Notes under the pieces: generated by a model
What the model was told of the DNA's origin: nothing
Database searches by the model: none
Seen by the model: the letters and a program-made list of their open reading frames with translations, nothing else
Position numbers and translations under genes: made by a program
Source: an uncultured Christensenella sp.
Lineage (GTDB): Bacteria; Bacillota; Clostridia; Christensenellales; UBA1242
Length of the DNA stretch: 64,000 nt
Assembly: GCA_964434265.1 (NCBI GenBank)
Contig: CAYSUK010000001.1
Location: forward strand, 47,126 to 111,125
Direction: 5' to 3'
Shown: positions 38,609-48,521 of the stretch, one piece after another
How positions within the stretch are numbered: position 1 is the first letter of the stretch
Layout: every line of letters begins with the position of its first letter

Positions 38609-39340
38609 ATGAAATATGTAAAATTAAAATACAACAAACTAGGTAAAAATGGTGATGTTGTATTTTTTTTACACGGATATGGCGGAAATAAAAAAAGTAT
38701 GGAAAAACTAGCTAGAAGTGCATGCGATAATAAGGTCTGTTACTTGTTTGATTTGTATGGATTTGGTGAAACTCCCATGCCTGAAAAAAGTTATGATATA
38801 TACGACTATGCGATATCGATATACTTGTTTTGTGTAAATAATGATATCAAAAAGGTAAGTATTGTCGCACATTCGTTTGGTGGAAGGATAGGACTTATAT
38901 TGGCATCGGTGTTCGATTTAAACGTTGAGAAATTGGTCCTTGTTGATTCTGCTGGACTAAGGCCACGATATGGACTTACATATTATCTGAAAATATGGGA
39001 ATACAAAATCGCTAAAAAATTTTGCCATAATGAGATTTGTGATGAAAAATTTGGAAGTGCCGAATACAAAAATGGTGACAAATTGATGCGATTGAGTTAT
39101 TTGAAAGTGGTAAATCAACATCTTGATTATCTTCTAAAATATGTTAATTCAAAGGCACTTATTATTTGGGGTAGGCAAGATAAAGATACACCACTAATCA
39201 TGGCCAAAAAAATGAATAAAGATATAAAAAATTCTACTTTAAAAGTATATAATGGAGACCATTTTGTTTATGTGAAAAAACACTCTTATATTAAAAAAGA
39301 TGTAAAATCATTTGTATGCGGAGATTGTGCTAAGAAATGA
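38609..39340 (+). CDS. Alpha/beta-fold hydrolase
   Basis: FLHGYGGN, nucleophile elbow AHSFGG, and a late GDHF His. AGGTGGTG SD lies before ATG 38609. The stop overlaps the next start (ATGA). Confidence 0.8.
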   Translation: MKYVKLKYNKLGKNGDVVFFLHGYGGNKKSMEKLARSACDNKVCYLFDLYGFGETPMPEKSYDIYDYAISIYLFCVNNDIKKVSIVAHSFGGRIGLILASVFDLNVEKLVLVDSAGLRPRYGLTYYLKIWEYKIAKKFCHNEICDEKFGSAEYKNGDKLMRLSYLKVVNQHLDYLLKYVNSKALIIWGRQDKDTPLIMAKKMNKDIKNSTLKVYNGDHFVYVKKHSYIKKDVKSFVCGDCAKK

Positions 39341-40935
39341 GAATTGTAAGTCTAGTAGAACTGTTTATTTTGTGTCAAATCGACTTCTTTAAGTATGTAT
39401 ATTTTTATCAGTTAGAAGGATATAATCTGTTGAATTTTTACAAGAAAATATACACACGATTTGACTATATTGATTTAGTGTCTTTTGTAATAAACCTAGT
39501 GTTTCTGATTACGGATATATTGTTTGATAACGAAACAATAATGATTATTTTTTGTGCTTTATTTTTGGTAACAATTGTAATTAAATTATCAAAATTATTA
39601 ATAAAATTTAATAAATCGAAAGTAAAATATGTACATACAAAACGCATGATAAGATTACATTTAATGTACGCATTATTGGAGTTATTGACAATAATCTTTA
39701 TGATATTGTCAAAAACATGTAAGTTTAGTCTTTTATATCTTGTTAATTTTATTACATATAGTTTTGTTGTTTTTATTATGTTGCCTATAGAAAAATGTAT
39801 CTGTGATAGATATATCGCAAAAGCTAGAAAAAAAATAAGCGATATGAAACATTTAAAAATAATTGCCATTACTGGTAGTTATGGTAAAACTAGTGTTAAA
39901 AACATTTTGTTTGAATTGTTGTCGCAAAAATATAACGTTTGTATGACTCCGTCTTCATATAATACGCCTATGGGTATATGCAAATGCATACTCAATAATC
40001 TAGAGCCTTATCATGAGATTTTAATACTTGAATTTGGTGCTAAAAAAGTGGGTGAGATAAAGTATTTGTGTGAAAAGTTTTCACCAGATTTTGGAGTGAT
40101 TACATCTATCGGTCCACAACATATTAAGTCATTCAAATCGATTGGTAATATTGTAAAAACAAAAATGGAACTATATGAATTTATCCCAGATAAATCTAAT
40201 TTGTTTTTAAATTGTAGCAATAGTTATATTATCGATTATTTGTTAAAATCCAAAAATGGTCAAAACTGTAATGTTGTAATTGATGATATTTCAAACTTGA
40301 ACAATAATCATATGTTGTTTGATAGTGATAATATTTATCAGTTTGGTGACATTAGTGTAAGTTCTCGCGGTTCTACTTTTGAGTTTAAATACAATAGATG
40401 TGGTAAAAGTGTTGTGAATACATTTTCCACATGTCTCTTAGGTAAACATAACGTCACAAATATTGCCTTGTCTATATCAGTTGCATTAAGATTTGGATTG
40501 AGTGAAGGTCAAATAGCTTGTGGACTTTCAAACTTAAAATCCATACGTCATCGGCTTGAATTAAAATCGGTCGGAGATTATATTGTTATTGACAATGCAT
40601 ATAATAGCAATCCCGATAGTTTTAAGTGTGCAATTGAAGTGTTGTGCTTGTTTTCAAATTCTCATAAAATTGTAGTCACACCTGGTGTAATCGACCAAGG
40701 GGATAATTTGTATAAAGAAAATTATAATTTGGGTAAGTATATGGCGTCTAGGGTAGATTTGGTTTATGTCGTAAACAAAACTAATCGCGATGCAATTGTT
40801 TCGGGACTCATCGCTGAAAATTTTGCAAATGATAGCATTGTTGTTTGTGACAAATTTTCAGATGTAGATTTTAATAAGTTTTCTAAAGGTGATGTTGTTT
40901 TGATAGAAAACGATTTGCCAGATAATTTTGATTAA
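39337..40935 (+). CDS. Mur-ligase family protein, MurF-like catalytic core fused to a ~170-aa polytopic membrane N-terminus
   Basis: The P-loop AITGSYGKTS sits at about residue 180. Other motifs are GKHNV.N, HRLE and DNAYNSNPDSF (the MurF-like D.YNANP motif). The first ~170 aa contain 4-5 hydrophobic helices. Confidence 0.75.
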   Translation: MRIVSLVELFILCQIDFFKYVYFYQLEGYNLLNFYKKIYTRFDYIDLVSFVINLVFLITDILFDNETIMIIFCALFLVTIVIKLSKLLIKFNKSKVKYVHTKRMIRLHLMYALLELLTIIFMILSKTCKFSLLYLVNFITYSFVVFIMLPIEKCICDRYIAKARKKISDMKHLKIIAITGSYGKTSVKNILFELLSQKYNVCMTPSSYNTPMGICKCILNNLEPYHEILILEFGAKKVGEIKYLCEKFSPDFGVITSIGPQHIKSFKSIGNIVKTKMELYEFIPDKSNLFLNCSNSYIIDYLLKSKNGQNCNVVIDDISNLNNNHMLFDSDNIYQFGDISVSSRGSTFEFKYNRCGKSVVNTFSTCLLGKHNVTNIALSISVALRFGLSEGQIACGLSNLKSIRHRLELKSVGDYIVIDNAYNSNPDSFKCAIEVLCLFSNSHKIVVTPGVIDQGDNLYKENYNLGKYMASRVDLVYVVNKTNRDAIVSGLIAENFANDSIVVCDKFSDVDFNKFSKGDVVLIENDLPDNFD

Positions 40936-40946
40936 GGAGAGAAATA

Positions 40947-42098
40947 ATGAAGAGTAATATAGTAATAATATTTGGTGGGGTTAGTTGTGAACACGATATT
41001 TCGATTATAACCGCTTATCAAGCAAAAATGAATATTGATGAAGAATTGTACAACACTTATTGTGTATATATATGCAAAAATGGAGCATGGCAATTATTGG
41101 ATAGGTTTGATAATTTTAATGATGTTGCTGGAATAAATGCAAAAACAAAAGAAGTAGTCATATTGCCATCGAGTGATTGTCTTTATATAAAAAAGAATAA
41201 GTCGTTAAAAAAAGTGTGTCGGATAGATTGCGTACTAAATTGCATGCATGGTGTTAGGGGAGAAGATGGTTGTATCTCTGCCTTGTGTAATTTAAATAAT
41301 ATTCCTTATACTAGTTCTGATATGTTGGGAAGTGTGTTGGGACTTGATAAGTGTGCTTTTAAAAACTATCTAAAAAGCGCTGACATTCCTACTGTTGATG
41401 GCATGACGATATCACAATTTGACTATTTTGAAAATGTGCAAAAAATTGCTCGAGATGTAGTAAATAAAATTGGTTTTCCTTGCATACTAAAACCATCAAG
41501 ACTCGGAAGTAGTATTGGAATTAAAGTATGTAAAAGTGCTCATGATTTGCCGACAAGTATTGAAAATGCTTTAAAATTTGATAAAAATGTGCTAATTGAG
41601 AAGTATATTAGCGACATAAAAGAATACAATATTGCAATTTATAGAAGTAAAGAAGGGTTGAGAGTGTCTGGAATTGAGAGCCCAAAAACGAGTGAAGAAA
41701 TATTATCATTTAATAACAAATACATCAAGGATAAAACAAACAATGCTTGCCTTGTCGATAAGGGTAAGAAAGAAAAAATACCTAAAAAGATTAAAAATGA
41801 TCTAGTTAAATATTCGACTAGATGTTATGATATATTTAGACTTAAAGGTGTCGTGAGATTTGATTTTATTTATGATAAAAATAGTGAAAAATTGTATTTA
41901 AATGAAATGAATACTATTCCAGGTTCGCTCGCAAACTATCTATTCTCAAATCTTGATTTGGACTTTCAAGAACAGCTTACCGAACAAATAGAGTATGCTA
42001 TTCATTCAAATTATTTGGATTCGAAGCTCATAACGCATTTTGATAGTTCGGTTTTGGATAGTGTTGATTTAAGTTCTCTTAAGAAATTAAAAAAGTAA
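40947..42098 (+). CDS. ddl: D-alanine--D-alanine ligase
   Basis: IFGG.S.EH.IS; HG..GEDG; KPS..GSS.GI; NKY (Lys-Tyr of the omega loop); NE.NTIPG. Confidence 0.9.
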   Translation: MKSNIVIIFGGVSCEHDISIITAYQAKMNIDEELYNTYCVYICKNGAWQLLDRFDNFNDVAGINAKTKEVVILPSSDCLYIKKNKSLKKVCRIDCVLNCMHGVRGEDGCISALCNLNNIPYTSSDMLGSVLGLDKCAFKNYLKSADIPTVDGMTISQFDYFENVQKIARDVVNKIGFPCILKPSRLGSSIGIKVCKSAHDLPTSIENALKFDKNVLIEKYISDIKEYNIAIYRSKEGLRVSGIESPKTSEEILSFNNKYIKDKTNNACLVDKGKKEKIPKKIKNDLVKYSTRCYDIFRLKGVVRFDFIYDKNSEKLYLNEMNTIPGSLANYLFSNLDLDFQEQLTEQIEYAIHSNYLDSKLITHFDSSVLDSVDLSSLKKLKK

Positions 42099-42206
42099 TA
42101 AAGATACATAAAGCTAAATAAAAATACGTAATATGTAATTAATTAAAATACATAAATATAAATAAAAATACACTTTAGCACATAATAAAATGCGTCAAAG
42201 TGTATT

Positions 42207-42518
42207 TTATAATGACAATAATTTTGTTTGTATTTGGGTTTGAAGCGATTTGTTTTGAATGAAACTACTACATTCGATAAGTGTGATTTTTTCTTGCAAA
42301 GTAAAATAAGCACTATTAAGACTAAAGGTATTTAATATTTCTATTCCGCCATTTTTTCCCACATAACTGACAATAGGCACACCAGATGTGTCTAGCATAT
42401 CTATGTATCGATAAATTGTCCTTATTGATACGTCGTATTTTGAAGCAAGCTCTTTTGCTCTAGTTCGACCATTACGGAGTATGGTAAGAAGTATTCCAAA
42501 CATAATATCTATTTTCAT
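42207..42518 (-). CDS. Small HTH transcriptional regulator (YafY/DeoR N-terminal type)
   Basis: IL..L.....T.A.ELA.KY.VS.RTIYR.ID.L...GVPI. I place the start at MKIDIMF (42518). Confidence 0.7.
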   Translation of the reverse strand: MKIDIMFGILLTILRNGRTRAKELASKYDVSIRTIYRYIDMLDTSGVPIVSYVGKNGGIEILNTFSLNSAYFTLQEKITLIECSSFIQNKSLQTQIQTKLLSL

Positions 42519-42599
42519 ACAACTATAATAACATATAAATAACAATAAATCAAACAAATGTTCGATATTTTTAAATTTTTAAAATAGATGTGTTTGCAT

Positions 42600-43637
42600 C
42601 TATTTTGAGTATTTTAATATTGTATCGATTATTGTTTTGTTTCCAATATCCTTATTTGCCTTTTTCATTGTGTTGATGTATTTTTGTTTGTTGTGTATTA
42701 GGTCGGATAGGGTAGTGGTGAGATTTTCGTAAGACAATTGGTTTTGCATAATTACTTTAGCAAAACCCTTTTTTTCAAATTCTTCGGCATTTAAAATCTG
42801 GTCACCACGTGAGGAAGTTTTTGGAAGTGGAACGAGAATCATTGGTTTGTTTAGTGCTAAAAATTCAAATATTGCATTGCTTCCGCTTCGTGAAACTACG
42901 ACGTCACATGCATCAAAACAATCTTCGATATTTTTAATGTATCCATAACACTTGTAGTTTTTGTTGTGGTGTTTTTGCTGATATTTTTTACCTGCGATGT
43001 GTATGATGTTGTAATTTTTAATTAGTACTTCAAAATTGTTGTCTATAAAATCGTTTAGTGCGCCAGCGCCAAGACTTCCGCCGACAAAAAGTAGTGTTGT
43101 GCGTTTATCGAAGTTTAGTCCCAATCTCTCTTTTTTCCCTTGTAAAATCTCTTTCCTTATTGGACTCCCACTAAAAATGCCTTTTTTCTTGTACTTCTTG
43201 CAAGGTTGCTCAAACGAAAAACACATTTTCTTGCATTTGCGATAAATGATTTTGTTTGCAAGCCCCATTGTAAAATCGCTCTCGTGCCCAATTACGGGTA
43301 TGTTGCCACTCGCCAAAACAACAGGAACTGATACATATCCACCTTTTGAGAAAATAACATTTGGTTTGATTTCTTCTAGTATTTTTTTTGATTGTCTAAT
43401 TGCTTTTCCTAATACAAACGGAATTTTAAGGTTTTTTAGTGTAAGACTTCGGTTGAGTTTGACTGCACATATTTCGTGATAATGGATTTCGGGATATCCT
43501 GCCAGAATCTCTTTTTCAATCCCGTCACTCCCTATATAATGTATTTCATTGTACAATTTTTTCAGTTCGGGGAGTAGTGCAATATTTGGTATAACATGCC
43601 CAGCACTTCCGCCACCACACAATACAATCTTTTTCAT
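42600..43637 (-). CDS. murG: MurG-type UDP-GlcNAc:lipid I N-acetylglucosaminyltransferase
   Basis: Motifs seen: GGGSAGHV.P, GGSLGA, and SRSGSN...E......P.I.VPLP......GDQ..NA. Confidence 0.88.
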   Translation of the reverse strand: MKKIVLCGGGSAGHVIPNIALLPELKKLYNEIHYIGSDGIEKEILAGYPEIHYHEICAVKLNRSLTLKNLKIPFVLGKAIRQSKKILEEIKPNVIFSKGGYVSVPVVLASGNIPVIGHESDFTMGLANKIIYRKCKKMCFSFEQPCKKYKKKGIFSGSPIRKEILQGKKERLGLNFDKRTTLLFVGGSLGAGALNDFIDNNFEVLIKNYNIIHIAGKKYQQKHHNKNYKCYGYIKNIEDCFDACDVVVSRSGSNAIFEFLALNKPMILVPLPKTSSRGDQILNAEEFEKKGFAKVIMQNQLSYENLTTTLSDLIHNKQKYINTMKKANKDIGNKTIIDTILKYSK

Positions 43638-43822
43638 AATCCACCACCTTGTATAAGATTATTTTATGACAAATATGCTTCAATAATGTATATATTGTGA
43701 TATTTATATAACAATATTAAATTAACAACATGTTTGTTGTGTTTTTATGAATATACACAAAATATAATATTTATGCAAAAATAAATGATTTTTGTAAAAA
43801 ACGCAATTTAAAGGTTTTTGAT

Positions 43823-43852
43823 TTTACAAATTTTGACATTATGTGGTATAAT
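43823..43852 (+). promoter_or_regulatory. Sigma-A promoter with an extended -10, upstream of parE
   Basis: TTTACA (43823-43828), 18-nt spacer, TG-G-TATAAT (43844-43852). Confidence 0.55.
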
Positions 43853-43882
43853 CTATAAGATTTTGAAGATAGGTGGTAAAAA

Positions 43883-45847
43883 TTGGGCAATACATATGAT
43901 AGTAAGAATATAGTAGTTTTGGAAGGACTTGATGCAGTTAGACTTCGTCCCGGCATGTACATCGGTACAACTGGGGAGAAAGGTATGCACCATCTTTTGT
44001 GGGAGATAATCGACAACTCGATTGATGAGGTTGCTAATGGCTATGGCAACAACATAACCATAACCCTTATGGACGACAATGTTGTGTCTGTAGAAGATGA
44101 CGGACGTGGAATTCCGGTAGACAAACATCCGACCCTTAAAGTAAGCGGTGTCGAAGTCGTGTTTACGCAATTGCATGCGGGCGGTAAGTTTGACAACAAC
44201 AACTATTCGTACTCCGGCGGTCTTCATGGCGTAGGTGCGAGCGTAACAAATGCACTTAGTGAGTGGCTTAAAGTCGAAGTTTGTCGTGATGGTCAAAAAT
44301 ACGCTATGGATTTCGCATCTATACAAAAGGGCAACAAGATATCGAGTGGCGTTCCGCTAAAACCCCTAAGTGTTGTGGGTAAATCGACCAAAACGGGCAC
44401 TAAAGTAACTTTCAGACCTGACGATCGTGTTTTTGGAAATATCAAGTTTGACGTGCATACAATAACAAAACGTGTTAAAGAATTGGCGTTTTTAAATAAA
44501 GGAATTGTCATTACAGTGATTGACGAAAATCAAATTGTAGACGGCAAACCTAAGACATATGTGTATAATTATACACAAGGCTTAAAGGATTATATTAAGT
44601 ATCTAAACACTGGAAGTAGTGTAATATATGACGAACCGCTATATATAGAAGGCGAAAGTAAGCTTGTCAAACTGTCGCTTGCTGTCCAACACACAGATAG
44701 TTTTGTAGAGAATATATTCAGTTATGTAAACAATATTCCAACAACCGAAGGCGGTACACACGAAGTCGGACTAAAATCGGCGCTTACTCGTGTATTTAAC
44801 GAAGCATCACGTAAGTGGGGACTGCTCAAAGAAAAAGATGCAAATCTACTAGGTGAAGACTATCGTGAAGGAATTACTGCACTGCTTAGTATAAAGATGA
44901 AGAATGTCCAATTTGAAGGACAAACAAAGACCAAGCTTGGAAATCCAGAAGCAAAACCCGAAGTAGAAAACATTGTGTACGAACAACTTAGCAAAATATT
45001 TGAAGCTAAGTCGATGAAGAATGCAATTACTGAGATATTCAATAAGGCAAAAGGTGCAGCTAAAGTAAGAGAAGCGGCCAAACACGCAAAGGATGTAGCG
45101 AGACAAAAGAACAATGCCGACTCATATAGCCTTATCGGAAAGCTCAGCAGTAGTACTGGACGAAATCCGCTACTAAACGAACTGTTTATAGTCGAAGGTG
45201 ACAGTGCGGGTGGAAGTGCAAAACAAGCCCGTGACCGCTCGTTCCAAGCTATACTTCCGCTAAGGGGTAAACCGCTCAATGTCGAGAAAAAACGTCTAAA
45301 CCAAGTACTTGAAAATGAAGAAATACGAACTATTATATCGGCATTAGGAACAGGAATAGGTAGCGACTTCAATATAAACAACTTAAAATATTATAAGGTT
45401 GTTATCATGGCCGATGCCGACCAAGACGGTGCGCACATTCGAGCAATATTGCTTACATTCTTCTATCGTTATATGCGCCAACTCGTAGAGGAAGGCCACG
45501 TGTATGCTGCCATTGCTCCGCTATATAAAGTTAGTAAGGGCAATAAGATTGTGTACGTATATGACGAAAACGATTATGACAAGGCCGTAAAAGAAGTTGG
45601 AGCAGGGTATAGTGTTCAAAGATATAAAGGTCTTGGTGAAATGACTGCCGAACAACTTTGGGAGACAACAATGAACCCCGAAAAACGTGTTCTTGTCCAA
45701 ATAACTCTCGAAGACATGGCAGAAGCAGAGAAAATGATAACAACACTTATGGGTGACAATATTGAAGCCAGAAAACAGTACATTACAGAAAATGCAAACT
45801 TCAATAAAGAAACCACAAAGTTTGAGAAAAACAAAAAGAAAAATTAG
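43883..45847 (+). CDS. parE: Type IIA topoisomerase B subunit (ParE-like; GyrB not excluded)
   Basis: LEGL.AVR.RPGMYIG, GHKL ATPase region, and TOPRIM motifs EGDSAGG and DADQDG. The start is TTG at 43883, after AGGTGG. Confidence 0.9.
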   Translation: MGNTYDSKNIVVLEGLDAVRLRPGMYIGTTGEKGMHHLLWEIIDNSIDEVANGYGNNITITLMDDNVVSVEDDGRGIPVDKHPTLKVSGVEVVFTQLHAGGKFDNNNYSYSGGLHGVGASVTNALSEWLKVEVCRDGQKYAMDFASIQKGNKISSGVPLKPLSVVGKSTKTGTKVTFRPDDRVFGNIKFDVHTITKRVKELAFLNKGIVITVIDENQIVDGKPKTYVYNYTQGLKDYIKYLNTGSSVIYDEPLYIEGESKLVKLSLAVQHTDSFVENIFSYVNNIPTTEGGTHEVGLKSALTRVFNEASRKWGLLKEKDANLLGEDYREGITALLSIKMKNVQFEGQTKTKLGNPEAKPEVENIVYEQLSKIFEAKSMKNAITEIFNKAKGAAKVREAAKHAKDVARQKNNADSYSLIGKLSSSTGRNPLLNELFIVEGDSAGGSAKQARDRSFQAILPLRGKPLNVEKKRLNQVLENEEIRTIISALGTGIGSDFNINNLKYYKVVIMADADQDGAHIRAILLTFFYRYMRQLVEEGHVYAAIAPLYKVSKGNKIVYVYDENDYDKAVKEVGAGYSVQRYKGLGEMTAEQLWETTMNPEKRVLVQITLEDMAEAEKMITTLMGDNIEARKQYITENANFNKETTKFEKNKKKN

Positions 45848-45880
45848 TAAATAATGTTGTAAAATAAAGTAGGAAAAGAA

Positions 45881-48331
45881 ATGAAAGAAAAACAATCGCA
45901 AAACCAAAACGAGTTTGGTTCGCAAAACGTAATTACGAAAGCACTCGAACAAGTTGTGCATGAGAGCATGATTCCATATAGCGAATTTGTTATTATGGAT
46001 AGAGCATTGCCACGTGTCGAAGACGGACTAAAACCCGTTCAACGTCGTGTACTATATAGCATGCTAGAAGTCGGGGTTTTGCCGGACAAACCATATCGAA
46101 AGAGTGCTCGTATCGTCGGAGACTGTATGGGTAAATACCACCCACATGGCGACCGCAGTATATATGACACAATGGTCAGAATGGCGCAAGACTTTAATAT
46201 GGGCGAAATCCTAGTCAGTGGCCACGGAAACTTTGGTAGTGTCGATGGCGACTCTGCAGCAGCTATGCGTTATACCGAAGCCCGCCTTGCTCCACTCAGT
46301 CTCGAACTTTTACGAGATATCGAGAAGGATACTGTAAGCTGGAGTTTTAACTTTGACGACTCTTGTAAAGAGCCAGATATGCTTCCAGGCCGTTTTCCAA
46401 ACTTGCTCGTAAATGGTGGCTCGGGTATCGCTGTTGGACTTGCTACAAATATCCCTACCCACAACCTTAAAGAAGTGTGCACGCTTGTTGCTAAATATAT
46501 TGACAATCCAAAAATGAAAGTAAGTGACGCATTAAAGATTATGCCAGGCCCAGATTTTCCTACTGGCGGTTATATGTTAAAAAGTAGTCGTATTCGTGAC
46601 TACTACGAAACTGGTAAAGGCAAACTTATGCTCAGAGCCAAACTCCATATCGAAAATGGCGACAATGGCAAAAAGAGTATTGTCATTACCGAAATACCAT
46701 ATCAAGTAAATAAGGCGGTTTTGCTCCAACGTATTGCAAAATTAAAAGAAGCCGACAAAAATGGCGTTCTTGGATATATACAAGACATTGTTGATGAGTC
46801 CGACCGTAGTGGTATGCGTGCAGTAATCAAACTCAAAAAGGACGCTAAAGTAAATGCGATTTTAAAAGCATTGTATAAGGGTAGTGACTTGCAATGTTCG
46901 TTTAATGTAAACATGGTTGCAATTGCAGACGGCAAACCAAAACTTTTGCCTATACTAGAAATAATCGATTACTATGTAAAATACCAACAAAAAGTTATTT
47001 ATAATCGCACAAAGTATGACCTAGAAGCAGCGCTTAAGAAAGAACATATTTTGGAAGGTCTTCTTACTGCTATCCAAAATATTGACGAAGTGGTTGCGAT
47101 TATTAAAAAGAGTAAAAACACAACTGATGCAAAAATCCAACTTATCAAACGTTTTGAATTGACAGATGTACAAGCCCAAGCAATACTTGATATGCGGCTA
47201 GCACGTCTTACTAGTCTCGAAGTCGACAAACTAGTGACCGAACTTAATAGACTTAAAGACCTTATAAAACGTTATACAGAGATACTTAAAAATCCAGCTA
47301 TGCAAATGCAAATTGTAAAAACAGAGATTATGGAGATTGCCAAGAAATATGGTAGTGACCGTAAGACTCAAATAATAGACGACGAAACCGACGAAGAAAG
47401 TGATGAAGAAAGTGCCGAGCAAATAGTAGGTGTCGCTACAAACGAAGAAGTACATCTGATTTATTCGCCATCACTTACTATAAAGACTGTTAATGCAAAG
47501 AGCTATAATCTTGCAACAAAAGAACTTAGTCAAAATCCTACATTGCACGAAATTCCGGAGATATCATTCAAAACCGAAACCGATAGGAGTGTTTATGCAT
47601 TTACTGACCTTGGAAACTGTGTAAGGCTTGATGTGGGTAAAATAAATCAAGCAAAATTGAAGGATAAAGGTGCATATCTCACTTCATACTGTAAGGGTCT
47701 TGACTCTGACGAAGATGTTGTATCTTTGCTCGAACTAAGTGAAAACAATAAAGATGACCGCATCATATTCGTGACTCAAAAGGGTATGATTAAGATAACT
47801 AAGGTAGAAGAGTATCTCGCTTCCAAACAACTTATTGCGGGCATCAAACTCAAAGAAGACGATCGACTTATCTATGCCGAACTATTGCAAGACGAGAAAA
47901 AACTTGCGATGTTTAGCCGTAATGGTATGGGTGTAATAGTCGACACATTTGACATAACACCACTCGGTAGAGTCTCTGCCGGAATTAAAGGCATAGCACT
48001 TGACGATGATGACTATGTTGTTGGAGTAAATCAAGTAAATCCTAGCGATGCGTTTGTTATGATATGTGAAAATGGATTTGGCAAACTTGTCAAATACTCT
48101 GAAATCCCGCTAGCAAATCGCAACCGCAAAGGTGTGAAATGCATTAAGTCATCACGACTAGTATTTGCTGATACTCTTAAAAACAACGTCAATTATGTAC
48201 TTTATGACGGTGACAAATTTAATTTTGTAGTCCGTACTCACATTCCGCTTGACAAACGAACTGGTGCTGGTAAAAAACTGGGCACACTTACTGAAGTAAA
48301 GAATGTGTTTAGATATACTACAAGCCTATAA
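45881..48331 (+). CDS. parC: Type IIA topoisomerase A subunit (ParC-like)
   Basis: DGLKPVQRR..Y; active-site AAMRYTE. I see no Q(R/K)RGG(R/K)G GyrA-box in the C-terminal domain, which favours ParC over GyrA. Confidence 0.9.
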   Translation: MKEKQSQNQNEFGSQNVITKALEQVVHESMIPYSEFVIMDRALPRVEDGLKPVQRRVLYSMLEVGVLPDKPYRKSARIVGDCMGKYHPHGDRSIYDTMVRMAQDFNMGEILVSGHGNFGSVDGDSAAAMRYTEARLAPLSLELLRDIEKDTVSWSFNFDDSCKEPDMLPGRFPNLLVNGGSGIAVGLATNIPTHNLKEVCTLVAKYIDNPKMKVSDALKIMPGPDFPTGGYMLKSSRIRDYYETGKGKLMLRAKLHIENGDNGKKSIVITEIPYQVNKAVLLQRIAKLKEADKNGVLGYIQDIVDESDRSGMRAVIKLKKDAKVNAILKALYKGSDLQCSFNVNMVAIADGKPKLLPILEIIDYYVKYQQKVIYNRTKYDLEAALKKEHILEGLLTAIQNIDEVVAIIKKSKNTTDAKIQLIKRFELTDVQAQAILDMRLARLTSLEVDKLVTELNRLKDLIKRYTEILKNPAMQMQIVKTEIMEIAKKYGSDRKTQIIDDETDEESDEESAEQIVGVATNEEVHLIYSPSLTIKTVNAKSYNLATKELSQNPTLHEIPEISFKTETDRSVYAFTDLGNCVRLDVGKINQAKLKDKGAYLTSYCKGLDSDEDVVSLLELSENNKDDRIIFVTQKGMIKITKVEEYLASKQLIAGIKLKEDDRLIYAELLQDEKKLAMFSRNGMGVIVDTFDITPLGRVSAGIKGIALDDDDYVVGVNQVNPSDAFVMICENGFGKLVKYSEIPLANRNRKGVKCIKSSRLVFADTLKNNVNYVLYDGDKFNFVVRTHIPLDKRTGAGKKLGTLTEVKNVFRYTTSL

Positions 48332-48339
48332 CAAATAAG

Positions 48340-48369
48340 ACATCTCACATTATGTGGGGTGTTTTTTTT
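48340..48369 (+). terminator. Rho-independent terminator after parC
   Basis: ACATCTCACA-TTA-TGTGGGGTGT (two G-U pairs) followed by a T8 run. Confidence 0.7.
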
Positions 48370-48521
48370 GTCGATTAGGTTATGAAATAAGACGGACAAG
48401 CATATATGTATAAAAATTGCGAAGTGTCCTAAATCGACAAAACCAGTCATGATATGGCTTATTTTGACTGCTTCTCGATTTAACAAAAAACCGCAATTAA
48501 AATAGAATAGAGGAGAACTTT

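Noticed and set aside
40947-42098. Possibility that the Ddl and MurF-like pair is a Van-type (D-Ala-D-Lac or D-Ser) resistance module.
   Set aside because: The omega-loop keeps Lys-Tyr (NNKY), as in D-Ala-D-Ala ligases. No vanH, vanX or vanRS-like genes are nearby.
38600-43700. Cell-wall gene block (hydrolase to murG) as a low-GC horizontally acquired island.
   Set aside because: Hand counts vary widely line to line. Inside the block they are 12/60, 18/60, 20/60, 22/60 and 23/60. In the neighbouring parE/parC they are 31/60 and 16/60. This is not convincing without a proper sliding-window and codon-usage analysis.
43883-48331. Alternative call as gyrB/gyrA.
   Set aside because: I see no GyrA-box (Q-R/K-R-G-G-R/K-G) in the A-subunit C-terminal domain, and there is no dnaA/dnaN/recF context. 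ParE/ParC is preferred, but this rests on by-eye inspection and should be confirmed by phylogeny.
48371-48439. Long-range inverted repeat GTCGATTAGG ... CCTAAATCGAC upstream of the deacetylase gene as a riboswitch.
   Set aside because: The repeat is imperfect (one bulge), I recognise no conserved riboswitch core, and no terminator or anti-terminator alternative is visible.
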